The notes beneath the pieces were generated by a model. It was not told the origin of the DNA and did no database searches. It was given only the letters and a program-made list of their open reading frames with translations. Shown one piece after another: positions 12,422 through 23,670 of a DNA stretch of 58,757 nt. This stretch comes from Nemertoderma westbladi (Eukaryota; Animalia; Xenacoelomorpha): contig JAUCBJ010002573.1 in assembly GCA_032718475.1 (NCBI GenBank), positions 1 to 58,757 on the forward strand, given 5' to 3'. The first letter of the stretch is position 1. The number at the start of each line of letters is the position of its first letter. The translations under genes were made by a program, and so were the position numbers.

Positions 12422-14977
12422 CTATAATACTATTATTCAGGTCAGGTCAGGTATTCTAGGTCATTGATCAAGAAAACTTGCCACCTCCATGCAGCATAAA
12501 GGAGGTGCCACCTGTAGCTGCATAGACCCTCTTACTAGGGCAAATCTGGTCCTGTAACTAGGACCCCCTTCGTTCTGGGATAAGGACGCCCTTGGTCCTG
12601 GATTAAGGACCCATATACTTGGCTGCAGGGGTATATGGCCTGACCAGGCAGATGGTGATCTACCAATGGCTGGTCAGGAGTAGAGTGTTCTCATGTCCAC
12701 TCTGAGAGCACTTCACTGCGACCTGCACCTGGCAGCAAGGGTACAGGGCATGACCCAGCAGATGAGCTGCAACAGCCAATGGTGGGTCATGTGCTCCAGA
12801 GTAGATATGGGTGATGGGCCTCATATCTGACTCCATTGCGACACCCACCCTGTGGAATGGCAAACCAGGGTGTGGTATTTGCCCCGAGAGCTGACTCGGC
12901 AAAAAAGCACCCCCCAACCCCCACTATGGATTACATTAGCAATGCGGAGGTCCGGCCACTAGAGGCCAGTGGAATTACCGGACACAATCGGCCTCACAGG
13001 AGTCAGTTAACTCCTGACCGGCTGCCTGTCTCACCCCCTACTGGAGAAAGAGCAGCCAACAATTCTTTGAGTCCCTTTCCTGATGACCTTTCTGGCCCAA
13101 ACCCTGGGTCACCAGGAAGGCCAGATTGTGATGGGGAGAGGGATTCTGGAGTTGAAGGCTACTCTCATGTTCCACCCCGACCAACAAAGCCATTGGTGAA
13201 TCTGAGGCAAGTCACAAGACTAGTCTCAGTAAAAACCATAACACTCGGGTCCCCAATGCGACAAGGTGAGTTGACTGCCTTGGCAGATAAGCTTTCTCTT
13301 AGCGCAGTGGGTGTTCAAGAGCACCGAATGCAGACTGGACAGACTGATGAGGTTCTGATTAAGGACATGGGGGGCGGTTGGCGACTCGCCCTCGCGTCAG
13401 CAGATGATAGTGGCAATGGTGGAATTGGTCTATTGATGAATCCAACTGCACATGCAGCATTGGACAAAATAGACCAAATCTCTAACCGCATCATCCGTTG
13501 CCACTTCTCATGTTCTGGAAGACTGGCTAAGAAGTTTCCTAAGGTGGTTCTGATTGTGTGCTACTCTCCAACTAGTGTTGCCCCTGTAGAGGAGATGGAA
13601 AATTTCTACCACAATCTACAAGCAGCTACTGATGGAGTGGATCAGCATGCATTCTTAACATTCCTGGGAGACTTTAATGCAAGTCTGCATCAATCACCTA
13701 CATCGCCCTGGGTCTATAGCAATAGTGTTAACCGAAATTCTGTCCATCTTCAGGATATTATCTCTGGAAATGGATTGTTTTCGGCTGGAACCCAGTTCAA
13801 GAAGCCAGGCATCTGACTGTTATCTTTGTTGACTTCTTCAAGGCCTTTGATTCAGTCTCTCGCTCACGTAATGTTCAGCATACTTTCATTATATGGGATT
13901 CCCGATGAAATTATTGCAGCAATCAGATCAGTATACGATGGTTCGACAACATTTGTGTCTACTGTCGATGGTGACACAGAACCATTTGAAGTGTTATGGG
14001 GCGTCCTCCAAGGAGACACACTTGCACCATTCTTGTTCATTATTGTGGTTGACTATGTTCTACGCATGTCCTTAGATCATTATAATGATGATGGGGTGAT
14101 GATAACTCCACCTACTGGCTCCAGAAGTCGAGGAAATCCTGCCAAGTACCTAACTGATCTAGACTTTGCTGATGACTTAGGAGTACTCTCAGAATCATTA
14201 GAGGGAGCCCAACGGCTCTTCAGCTCATTAGGACATGCTGCTTCTAGTGTTGGTCTTTTTATTAACTCCAGAAAGACCAAAATTCTGACAGTTAACTTTG
14301 AAAGTCCTCAGCAAGTCTCTGATCGGATGAGCATAAGCTCAAAGGATGGTATGCTTGAACATGTGGACCACTTCTGTTACCTGGGATCATGGATCCGGAA
14401 GTCAGGTTAGGACCTTCGAATACGTAAGGGAAAGGCATGGGCAGCCTTGAATAGGCTTTCCAGGATTTGGAAGTCACCGAGAATTAATAGGAAACTTAAG
14501 GTCCGATTATTTAGAGCGGCAGTAGTTCCAGTACTCCTCTACGGGAGTCCATGCTGGGCTCTAACTGCTGAGGACACCAAATCTCTGCATGGCACATTCA
14601 CAAGAATGCTACGCCGGGTTCATTGTGTCAAGTACAATGCACACATCTCCAACCAGACACTATATAACATTGGAGGTGTCTCATTGTTTCCCCCAAGCTT
14701 GACACTAGAACAAAATCGCCTCCGCTTTGCAGGACATTACTTTCGCCGTGAGGACCAGCCAGTGCATAATCTTGTACTTTGGCAGCCTCATGGAGTGAAT
14801 AAGCATGGTGGACAGCCCATGACTTTCTTGAGACGCATCTTAAAGGACACTGGCCTTAAAGATGCGGATGATCTAGCAAATGTCATGGGTGATAGGGAGT
14901 TGTGGCGGTGCAATTTTGTTGACAAGCCGGCACAGCATACTTAAAAATGCAGCTGCAATGCAGCATGCCGATACTAG
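12422..14977 (+). mobile_element. RTE-clade non-LTR retrotransposon, internally deleted
   Basis: 9-bp TSD TTTATAATA (12413-12421, 14978-14986). APE motifs GVQEHR, YSPT, GDFNA (12836-13816). RT motifs FVDFFKAFDSV, GVLQGDTLAPFLF, DLDFADDL, FCYLGS. C-terminal PVLLYGS and RLRFAGH with no zinc knuckle. Very short 3' UTR. The EN-RT linker is deleted at ~13812. Confidence 0.93.
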
Positions 14978-16109
14978 TTTATAATATTCATTAAAAGGTA
15001 ACCATTTCATCTCATCTACATTGAACTTGACGACCTCTCCCACCTTTACCGCTTGACAGGCTTCGGTTCTAGCCATTTGATGCGTAAAACTTTCTTGGGC
15101 CATCGTATTATTTAATATCGAGTTATCGGTATATAAATTTCTCGGATTATGATCAGGTCTATATGGAATATCATTATCAACAGGTTTATAATTACCCTTA
15201 ATAGAGTTTACTATAGGAGTTTCTACTTCACTAGCAGTATATATGCGTGTAGGCTCCACACCTAGCGCATGAAATACTTCAGACCTAACAGGTTGACACA
15301 TCGTTACAGGGGGTGGTGGTATACCCATTTGTATATTTACTAATTTATCGCGCTCTAAAGCGATACTCTGCTGCACTTCTTGCAACTCCAACCTACTCTC
15401 TCTTACTGTTCCTTTTAACTGCTGAACAGTCCCTTCCAACTTTCGGACCTGCTGGGAAGAACGTTTTTGTTGTTCTTCTAGCTGCCCGAGCAGGCGATCC
15501 ATCCCCCGCCGTTCCTCGTCTACCCACTCTACCGCCGAAGCGGGAGACGCCAACATAGTAGCGGGTTGACGCGTAGGGACGATGGGCGACAAATCATTTA
15601 TGTCTTGCTCGGCGTCCAGGACCGGGAGTGATTCAGGGGCTAGTCTACTGGGCACAGGTAGTTTAGTACTGTGCAAAGGGAATTTAGAGTTAGGTTCTGG
15701 AAGTACAGGTGTCTCTATCACAGAAGGAGTGGCTTCGAGAACAGGCCTAATTATTTCAGGCTCATCTACTATAGTAGGGAGTCTTTCTACTCTAATAATT
15801 TGGTCTGTAGGCTCAGGATTACTTAAATCTACACTAGCTAGTTGCCTTCTCACAGCTGGAGGCAAATTAGGTAATTTCTGCTGGTGTGGCACTCTTCTAC
15901 GTCCGCTGGAACGAGATTTATTTCCTCTATATTCAGGATCTGTTGTATCGCCTTCATCAGAGGATGTAAATCCCTGTCTCCTGGGAGTAGATCGACTTAG
16001 CAGCTGCATCTGAGTAGCTGTTCTCTGTTTATTTAAGTAATCTCGCTTCGCTTGAAGATTTTCCAACTCTAGTTGGGTTGTCTCTTCAGATGCCCGTCTT
16101 TCTGCTTCA

Positions 16110-16330
16110 GCCACGGCCACTTTTCGCTTTTCTTTCAGATTCTGCTGCTGCCGCTGCCGCTTTTCTTTCGGCTCTGCCGCTTTCCTTTCAGATTATGCCG
16201 CGACCGCTGCCGCTTTTCTTTCAGCCTCTGCCGCTTTCCTTTCAGATTCTGCATGCGACCGCTGCTGCTTTCCTTTCAGATTCCGCCGCGACCGCTGCCG
16301 CTTTCCTTTCAGATTCTGCCGCGGCCGCTG
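16110..16330 (-). repeat. ~30-bp coding tandem repeat (AAAESERKAA-like) in gag of copy B
   Basis: Repeated CGCTGCCGCTTTCCTTTCAGATTC units. Confidence 0.85.
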
Positions 16331-19234
16331 ACCTTCGGTCTTCTATTTGCTTTTTCTTTAGCTGCTCTTCTTGGTCCATAGCGATGAGGATGCTTTCATC
16401 AAATTTACCCTGCTCCGCGGCTAATATTTCCGCATCTAACGAGTCCAACACAAATTTGGCTCCCTCACTATTAGGGTGAAGTCCAGCTAGCCGTCTCCTT
16501 AACTCTTTGTCACCTATAAATCGTTGATAGTCCGACAGATAGATGTCAATAGCATCCTTCTTCTGAGGTTTCTCGGATGTAACTTCGCCTTCCACCTGAG
16601 AAAAGGTAGCGTCTGTTGATTCTCCGTGGGTCATGCGCTCGGTTAGCTGAGCTTTCCATTGTGTCATTCCCTGGACTTAAAGACTCACCCGTTGGAACCA
16701 AGTTTTTACGGCCACTTGCAACGACGTGTCTTGGCTTCTCTTCGAAGCTTCTTCAAAGGCCGAAAGGATTAGTCTGATCCGTAAAATTCGTTCTCGCACT
16801 TGATAAAGCAGCTCTCCCTGCTCTTGAGGTCCTTGATGTTGTTGAAACAGGTGTTCCTCTAAGCGCTCCAAAGAGCTGAAGAATCCCTGGACATATCCTG
16901 CTGCCGACGTCTTCCACACAGCTGGATCTCGAGTGTCCCTTACTAATCCCATCCTGTATAAGTCTTCCCAGGCAGCTTCCGATAAGTTAAACGGGAGTCC
17001 GGGTCCGGGGAAGTTCCATTGCGCCTCGACAATAGACTTTAATTCCTCTATCATGTATCCCGCATAACTGTCCCTGGTCGATCACTTACTTCTCGCCCAA
17101 TCGATTTGATGTTCTTCCACCGCGATCAATACTCTAGTGAGTACGGCTCCAGGAAGAATTAGAAGTGGATCTGGATAAACCGCTTCTGTCATCCTTGCTC
17201 CGATCTCGGGTGTCAACTTTACAGTGTCTGAACTACTGGAGTTATCGGGCCGCTGAGAAATAAGTTCTCGGGTCGGGTGCTGCTGCTGTTTAACAGCTGC
17301 CTCTTGGTCCCGCTTGACTTGAGACCTAGTGCCTATGATAGACCTATGGTGCTTTACTAGCCTAGGGTCTGACACTACTACTGTAGGGATGACCTTTCTT
17401 ACAGTAGGAGGGGACTTGGACTTTGGTCTCAGATGTTCTATACTCTTATCTGAGTCGCAGACTGTTCTTTCTAGGAGACTATCTGACAGTGTTTGCTTTG
17501 TGTCAGCCATGATTTATTTTACAGTTGAATGCCTACTACTATAATGACAGTTAAAACAAGTCTAGTAATTCAGTATCAACTGTAAGCCTAGTAATTAATT
17601 ACCGATACCGTTACTCAGTGTAACTTGATATATATATATTAAAATACCGGTATACACTTATAGTATATATATAAGTATTATTATATTCTAGGATTAGTTA
17701 CAGAATACCGGTATATAATTTTAGCCTAAATTTATATAAATATATATAATACGCCTACCGTAAATACCGGTAATGTCAATTATTGATAATAACTGAATTT
17801 CTGAATTTTAGGGCTACTTCCCTTTTACTTATTACTGTTATTAAGCAGTAGTCCAACTGATATTAAGACCTAATTGATGTATAACAGGCCTACTATTTTA
17901 TAAATCTGTTTAAGTTGATTTATAATATATTATGTACCCATACAAGGGTTTTCGACAATATTTGAAACAAATGTTATTATTTCTGGGTAAGGAGTCACTA
18001 CACAGAAGCTGAACGCTCTCAGTGGAGTGCTACTTGTTGAATACTAAAACGAATAATTATACTTTACTAAGTTACTTATCACTACAAATTACTTACAATT
18101 TCAGTTTGAAATTACAATCTCTAAATAAACACTAAAAGTTACACGTACAATTTGTTAGGGTAATTTTACAAGAAATCTACAAACCAGTCTAACAAGGAGT
18201 TAGAATTTCTGGTTCTTACAAACTGACAGGATACTGCGGTATTTGAAAACAATAAAGCAGTAGTAAGTAAATTGCGTTTTCCAGATAAGGAAATACCACC
18301 GTCTGACGACTTATAGTCTTAGCTCTATAAGTACTATGTTATGTACCCGGAGTGTCCTTACCTAGAGGTTATTTACCGAAGCCAACCAGAGCTAACGTGC
18401 CTATTAACCACGTTACAACACAAATATACTGCCTACACACTAAATTACTTTCGGAAAGCACTGTACTCTAAACCCTAAATTAGGTACAAGTACTTATACA
18501 ACAAATAACCAGCAGTTAAATATACTTGAACAGCCAAAAGAACCACGGTATCTGCTGGAGTGACCGGAGCACAAAATCACCAGTCTTTACCTACGCCAAG
18601 CAGCCCTGATGTAGTACCGGGGTTAATTTAACTATAACAGTATGTATAACAAGCACAATTACTGTAGGAATAAACTTGGGGAGTTGGTGGTTGCGAATAC
18701 TCACATAGACTCTGAATAATAAATATTACGCTACCCGTGCAGACTATACAAACAAAATACAGACCAAATGCTGGCAGACTACTGGCAAGCCTAAATAAAC
18801 TACAGTATATGCAGACACCGAAATGGTTAGTTAGTAGGCGTTCTAACCAAGTAGTACGACTCATTCTTTCGGGGGGATTTACCTTACAACACTGGATGCC
18901 CCCACCTTCCTAACTAGCACTTTATCGGACAGACACTCTACAAACACTGCAATCGCTTCAGACCTAACAACAGCTAGACAACAATCCAGCCTACAAATTA
19001 TTTGTACAATCTGGGCAGGCTTACACGCCTTCTGCTCAATATTACACTTACAGATAAATAAAACTGACAGAAATAAGTAAAATCCCAATAAAAAACCAGG
19101 GCTGCAGTCCCTGATTAAATATCAAGACCTACCGGTATATAATTATCAAAATCGAATAATACTGCTGTACCTGTAAGTAACGGTTCGGGTAGTTGGGCAG
19201 TTAGGCCTACAGCTTACCGTTCGACCGGTACATT

Positions 19235-19398
19235 CGACTTTATTGCCTACGGTGCAATAAAGAACTTAAAAATCTATTATTGTTCTTACCAGAACAATAG
19301 ACAAAATATTTATTGCCTACTGTGCAATCAAGAGTTTAAAACTATTAATGTTCTTAACAGAACATTAGACAAATATATTTTGTACGTAAAACTATTAA
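19235..19398 (-). repeat. ~70-bp tandem repeat directly after the 5' LTR of copy B
   Basis: TTTATTGCCTAC...CTATTA-TGTTCTTA-CAGAACA-TAGACAAA repeated about twice, plus a partial unit. Confidence 0.75.
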
Positions 19399-20534
19399 TG
19401 TTCACGCTTTTAGACCTTTAGCAGTTTAACCTGCCAATTTTAGTTGTCCTCTTGTTTATAAATCGACTTTAGCCTATATCAATTATTTAGTGTACTGAAA
19501 TTACATCAGCCGAAGCCAGTCTGTGCGCGACCATTCACCCACAGTTAAGGGAGACTGGATTCGGATGCTTTGATAGTGATTGCGGTGTAGACCTACTGTA
19601 TTATTCGATTGATCGTTAATATATAATCTCTGACAATATATTTACTTTCGGGGAAATATTAACAGTTCCTTTAGGACGTGGCGCTTTAAGTATAAAAACA
19701 GAGTTATGACTTATACTAATCACAACTAGATGGCTACTGAGTTTCGTAAATAGCGCATTCTTTAGGAGATGCTTTATTAACCTTCACACTACTTCACACG
19801 ACTTCACACTACTTCACACTGATCTGCTGACCATCACTGAATTTGATCATATATAAGGAGGATCGCAACTGACACTTGTAGGGATTATGAAATAGCATTT
19901 AATTCACACAAAACCACTATAATTTAAGTCGCAGTTGCTACCGCAACCTGTTCCTCTCACCTTCAGTAATCAAGAAGATGATTATTATTCGGTATTATCC
20001 AAATATATCAGCAATATACATCCATATAACAACAATTAATAATAGAAGTAAAATAATGCGGTGAACAGTCAGTATGTGTTACTTATGCAGTGTTCCATGT
20101 GCAGCAATGTTCAATGTGTTTCAGTGATTCAGATATGAAGTATGATTCAGTTAATAGTTTTACGTTCTTGTAATCAAAGCCATCAGATGTTCTAGGCCAA
20201 ATTCTGAAACTTCTACAACAGAAGTACAGAAGAATTCCAAGCCGGTTCTTAGGCTCAGAAAAAGGTAAACAAAGAAACAAAGACCGTAATGCATTGCGCG
20301 GGTTTCCATAGGTCTCTGTTCGACATATGGGGGAAAATCGCTCTGATTGGCAGACTAGGCAGAACAAAGAGGTTCCACGTATACAGGAAATCAGCTGACA
20401 GATTTCGTCATCTGAGCTCCAATCTTTTAGAGTATTATGCGCATTGCGGCAAAAATGACTTGTTATGTCCGCAAAAGCACCTACACTGCGCATTGCGGGT
20501 AAAATGACTTGTTATGTCCGCAAAAGCTTTTACA
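19399..20534 (-). repeat. 5' LTR of copy B (1136 bp)
   Basis: Matches 5183-6323 with roughly two to three dozen substitutions and a few indels (counted by eye). Confidence 0.96.
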
Positions 20535-20539
20535 AAACT

Positions 20540-20867
20540 CTTCGCCACGGTACAACCCCAACCGGTTGATATCAACCTAAGATCTAGAGATCTTATCGCT
20601 GACGCTCCTATGTTACAACGTCCGCCAATCGAGGCCGCTCTTGTCGACGGTATACTCGTTGAACCTCCGGACAATCGAGCGGATCTTGTCCGTCGTATGG
20701 TACACGAGGTCAAACTACGCGCTAGACCTTTACCGAACTCATTTTATGGGATCAGAGACCACCCTTATTATGTCAATTTAACTCAATATTATATGGTGAA
20801 ACCGGAAGATCCTACATACAGTTTAAAGTTTCTACCATTGATAAATCCCATGGTGACTTGTTCATAA
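20540..20867 (+). CDS. Extra ORF X2, 3' part (251 aa after rejoining with 4755-5182)
   Basis: Removing copy B and one TSD restores the frame HFGDKL-FATVQPQP, matching copy B. Confidence 0.7.
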
Positions 20868-21265
20868 ACTCGCATCCAGAGCTACAAGAAGTTCATAGAC
20901 GACCCTATGAATATAGAGCCCGAGAACGCGATTTGGAAAGAACCATCAAACCGAGGAAATTTCTCACTACTCACGGTCAACCTACCGCTCTCGTGCAAAC
21001 GACTCGTCAGGGACCAGTAAGAGCTGCTGTCTTGAAACGCGCTCTAAAGGTTGTTCGACCTCGTTCCACTGAGGTTGATATCGATCAACCGGGTACCTCG
21101 CCCGGCGGATACACCGACCGTAACCCTAAACCTTCCAATGCAATCGTATTGCACCCCTCACCCAGGAGTTATAGCCCTCCTAGTAAAGTGGCTCGCCCCA
21201 AAGAGAAAAGGACTCTTGCTAGCCTCAAAAAACTTCGTAAACGCCGTTCACGTAAGAAGGACTAA
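20858..21265 (+). CDS. Extra ORF X3 (Pro/Arg/Lys-rich, ends KKLRKRRSRKKD)
   Basis: Open in both A and B (6390-6797). No ATG; the frame is open from ~20726 and is -1 relative to X2. Confidence 0.65.
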   Translation: MFINSHPELQEVHRRPYEYRARERDLERTIKPRKFLTTHGQPTALVQTTRQGPVRAAVLKRALKVVRPRSTEVDIDQPGTSPGGYTDRNPKPSNAIVLHPSPRSYSPPSKVARPKEKRTLASLKKLRKRRSRKKD

Positions 21266-21375
21266 TCGTTTAGAGTATTTTTATATTTTAGAAACTGTGA
21301 TTTTTATATTTTATAGACTTAAATCCCATTTTCTGGTAGGCTCCAGGCAGTTGATCAGTAGGCTCCAGGATAATA

Positions 21376-21790
21376 GATTTACGTTCTTATAATCAAAGCC
21401 GTCTAATGTTGGCTAAAGTCTGAAACTTCTACAGAAGCACAGAAGAATTTCCAAGCCGATGTTCTGAGGCTCAGAAAGGTAAACAAAGACCGTAATGCAT
21501 TGCGCAGTCTTCCGTAGGCCTCTGTGCAAGATAAAATGAAAATCGCTCTGATTGGCTGAGCGAGCTGAACAAAGAGAGGTTCCACATCGACAGGAAATCA
21601 GCTGACAGATTTCGTCATCTGAACTACCATCGTTTAGAGTATTGGCGCATTGCGGCATAAAATGGCTTGTTATGTCCGCTAAAGCACCTACACGGTACAT
21701 TGCGGAGAATATGGCTTTTTATGTCCGCTAAAACACCTACACTGTACATTGCGGAGAAAATGACTGGTTATATCCGCAAAAGCCTTTACA
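21376..21790 (-). mobile_element. Truncated Bel/Pao LTR (5' ~410 bp) of a fourth copy, D
   Basis: Diverged homologue of 5955-6323 with three ~48-bp units. Its exact TGTAAAGGC terminus at 21790 abuts sequence homologous to 28258 onward. Confidence 0.85.
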
Positions 21791-22160
21791 CTTCTTCTAT
21801 AATATTTAACGTCCACATCCGCTTTACAACGAATAGGTCATTAAATTACTTTATTAGAATAAACCTAATTAAATATAAAGTTTAAAATTGAAATAAATCA
21901 CTCTACGGCATAAAATTAATGTTTCAACCAAAATCACGATTGTGTAACATCCTGCATAGCAGCATAACATATTCAACAATAACATAATCAATAACTAAGG
22001 GGCTAGCCACGAAATGAATGAACCTTACATTTTAGAATGGACAAATTGACATTGTCCCTCACTCTGCCTGGATCAAATGTCGAATGTCAATATCTCATTA
22101 ACAGCTCGTGGAAATTTGGTGAAATGCATTATGTTTGTAGTGTGTAGTTAGTGTAACGGG
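21791..22160 (+). repeat. Third copy of the ZNF-gene downstream flank
   Basis: Colinear with 28258-28629 and partly with 56398-56720. Confidence 0.9.
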
Positions 22161-23670
22161 ATCAGACATTTCGGGGTATTATCGAAGACGTCTGATTTTT
22201 TGTTTGTACGTAGGTATCACTAGTCTGGATCGGACCGAAAAAAAATTTTTAGAAAAAATGTACTGGGGTGGTAATATTGCAGCACCAAAATTACAAGTAG
22301 TGCACAATTTTCACAAAATTTGAAAGTTACATTTTTCGGCTAATTGTTTTTCAATACAGGTTTTCTGGGGCGCAAAATACGTTGGAAAATATTTAAAAAT
22401 GATATGATTACTATAAATGGCTGTGTAGTCCTCTCTGCGTAGGAAAAAAATGAAAATAACAAGTAACCAGTACTTTTCAGTTTGAACACAAAATGTTTAA
22501 TTCACTTATACGATGCTATAAATTCACATTTTCAGGTTTTCTAGGATGCTGATTCTAATGGAATACATTTCTAATATGCCAGATCATTGCTACTTGTATT
22601 TTTCGGCGTAATTTGGAAAATTTTGGTGCTTGCGCCTAATTTCGTACCCATCACCAAAAAGTACAAGTTTGCGATGTCCAGTGCTGTTTTTATTGATTCC
22701 ATCGGATTCAAGACCCTCATAAACCAGTATAACGCAAGAAACAAGGTGAACTATCTACTGATAAATTTGCTTATTTTCCAAAATTTGATGCTGGCACAAC
22801 AATTTTCACACACCTGCGAAAAATACAAGTTTGAAAACTCTTATGACATTTTTACTGATTCCATTGACTTCAGAACCCTCACAAACCCGTATAACGCAAG
22901 AAACAAGGTGACACAATCAATATGATATATTTGATGGTTTTCAAAATCTGGTGCTAGCACCACATTTTGCACCCACTTCCGAAAAATACAGGTTTGAGAT
23001 GTCTAGTTCGATAATTATATATTCCATTGAATTCAGAACAGCCATAAACCTCTAAAACGCAAGAAATAAATTGTCACAAGCTATTTTATCCATTGAATGG
23101 ATTTTCAAAAATTCGTGCTAGCACCAAAAATTGAACACAGCACCAAAATATACAAGTTTGATACGCCCGGTGCAACTCGTATATATTTCATCAAAACCAG
23201 AACCCCAAAAACCCCAATTGCGTAAATAACAAGTTTCAAACAATCAATTTACAAAGTTGACATATTTCAAAATTTGGTGCTGGCACCAAAATTTGGCACC
23301 CGCCGAAAAAAACAAGTTTGAAATTTCTAAATCAATTTATATGAATTCCATCCAATTGCTAACACCAAAAAACCGGTGTAAATCAAAAATAGAGATTTTA
23401 CAATTCATATTTAATGAAATGTAATTTTCAAAAAACTTCTCAATAAAAGTGCCAAAAGTAGGGTTAAAAAATGGTGCTATATAACTCGAAAACTACCCAA
23501 TATTTTTGAAAACGGTTTTCACTACTAGCAACTAGGAAGACAATAGTTTTTTTAGGAAAAGCCATAAAATTTCAGATTCCCAACTGCGTTTGTTTCAGAA
23601 TTATAATAAAAAAACCACAGAAGGGGTCATATTGACCCCCCCCCCCCCCCCCCGGGTTTAATAGGGTTAA
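22161..23670. mobile_element. Truncated TTAA-type (piggyBac-like) non-autonomous element with ~150-bp internal tandem repeats
   Basis: Ends ...AATAGGG|TTAA (23666/23667-23670). About five diverged units sharing GTGCT(A/G)GCAC and AAATACAAGTTTG lie in 22620-23400. The left end was not found. Confidence 0.5.

Larger units (their letters stand above)
11233..17510 (-). pseudogene. gag: Bel/Pao gag of copy B (frameshifted; split by the RTE LINE)
   Basis: Fragments are colinear with the copy C ORF; three Cys/His knuckles (CALC-H-C, CYNC-H-C, CAKC-H-H); KFNVDEMKWLPF capsid-like segment. Confidence 0.93.
5183..20534 (-). mobile_element. Bel/Pao LTR retrotransposon copy B (both LTRs, degenerate gag-pol, internal deletion, RTE insertion)
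   Basis: TGT...ACA termini; 5-bp TSD AAACT at 5178-5182 and 20535-20539; gag-PR-RT-RH-IN order on the minus strand. Confidence 0.96.
1..21335 (+). mobile_element. Bel/Pao LTR retrotransposon copy A (5' part outside window; interrupted by copy B; 3' LTR missing)
   Basis: Pao-type integrase in 51-2063. Sequence broken at 5182 (HFGDKL) resumes at 20540 (FATVQP), as shown by the uninterrupted homologue in copy B (~7100-7140, - strand). Homology to B's 3' end stops at CCCATTTTCTGG (~21335), just before the expected PPT/LTR. Confidence 0.92.

Noticed and set aside
12480-12530. Canonical HDV-like or pistol ribozyme
   Set aside because: Only 5 nt lie between the pseudoknot strands, so there is no P3/L3/P1.1, and the pistol layout does not fit. 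Reported only as an unclassified pseudoknot.
18302-18340. Hammerhead ribozyme (CTGACGA followed by a stem)
   Set aside because: The required GAAA after stem II is absent (TACT), and the motif is antisense to the element.
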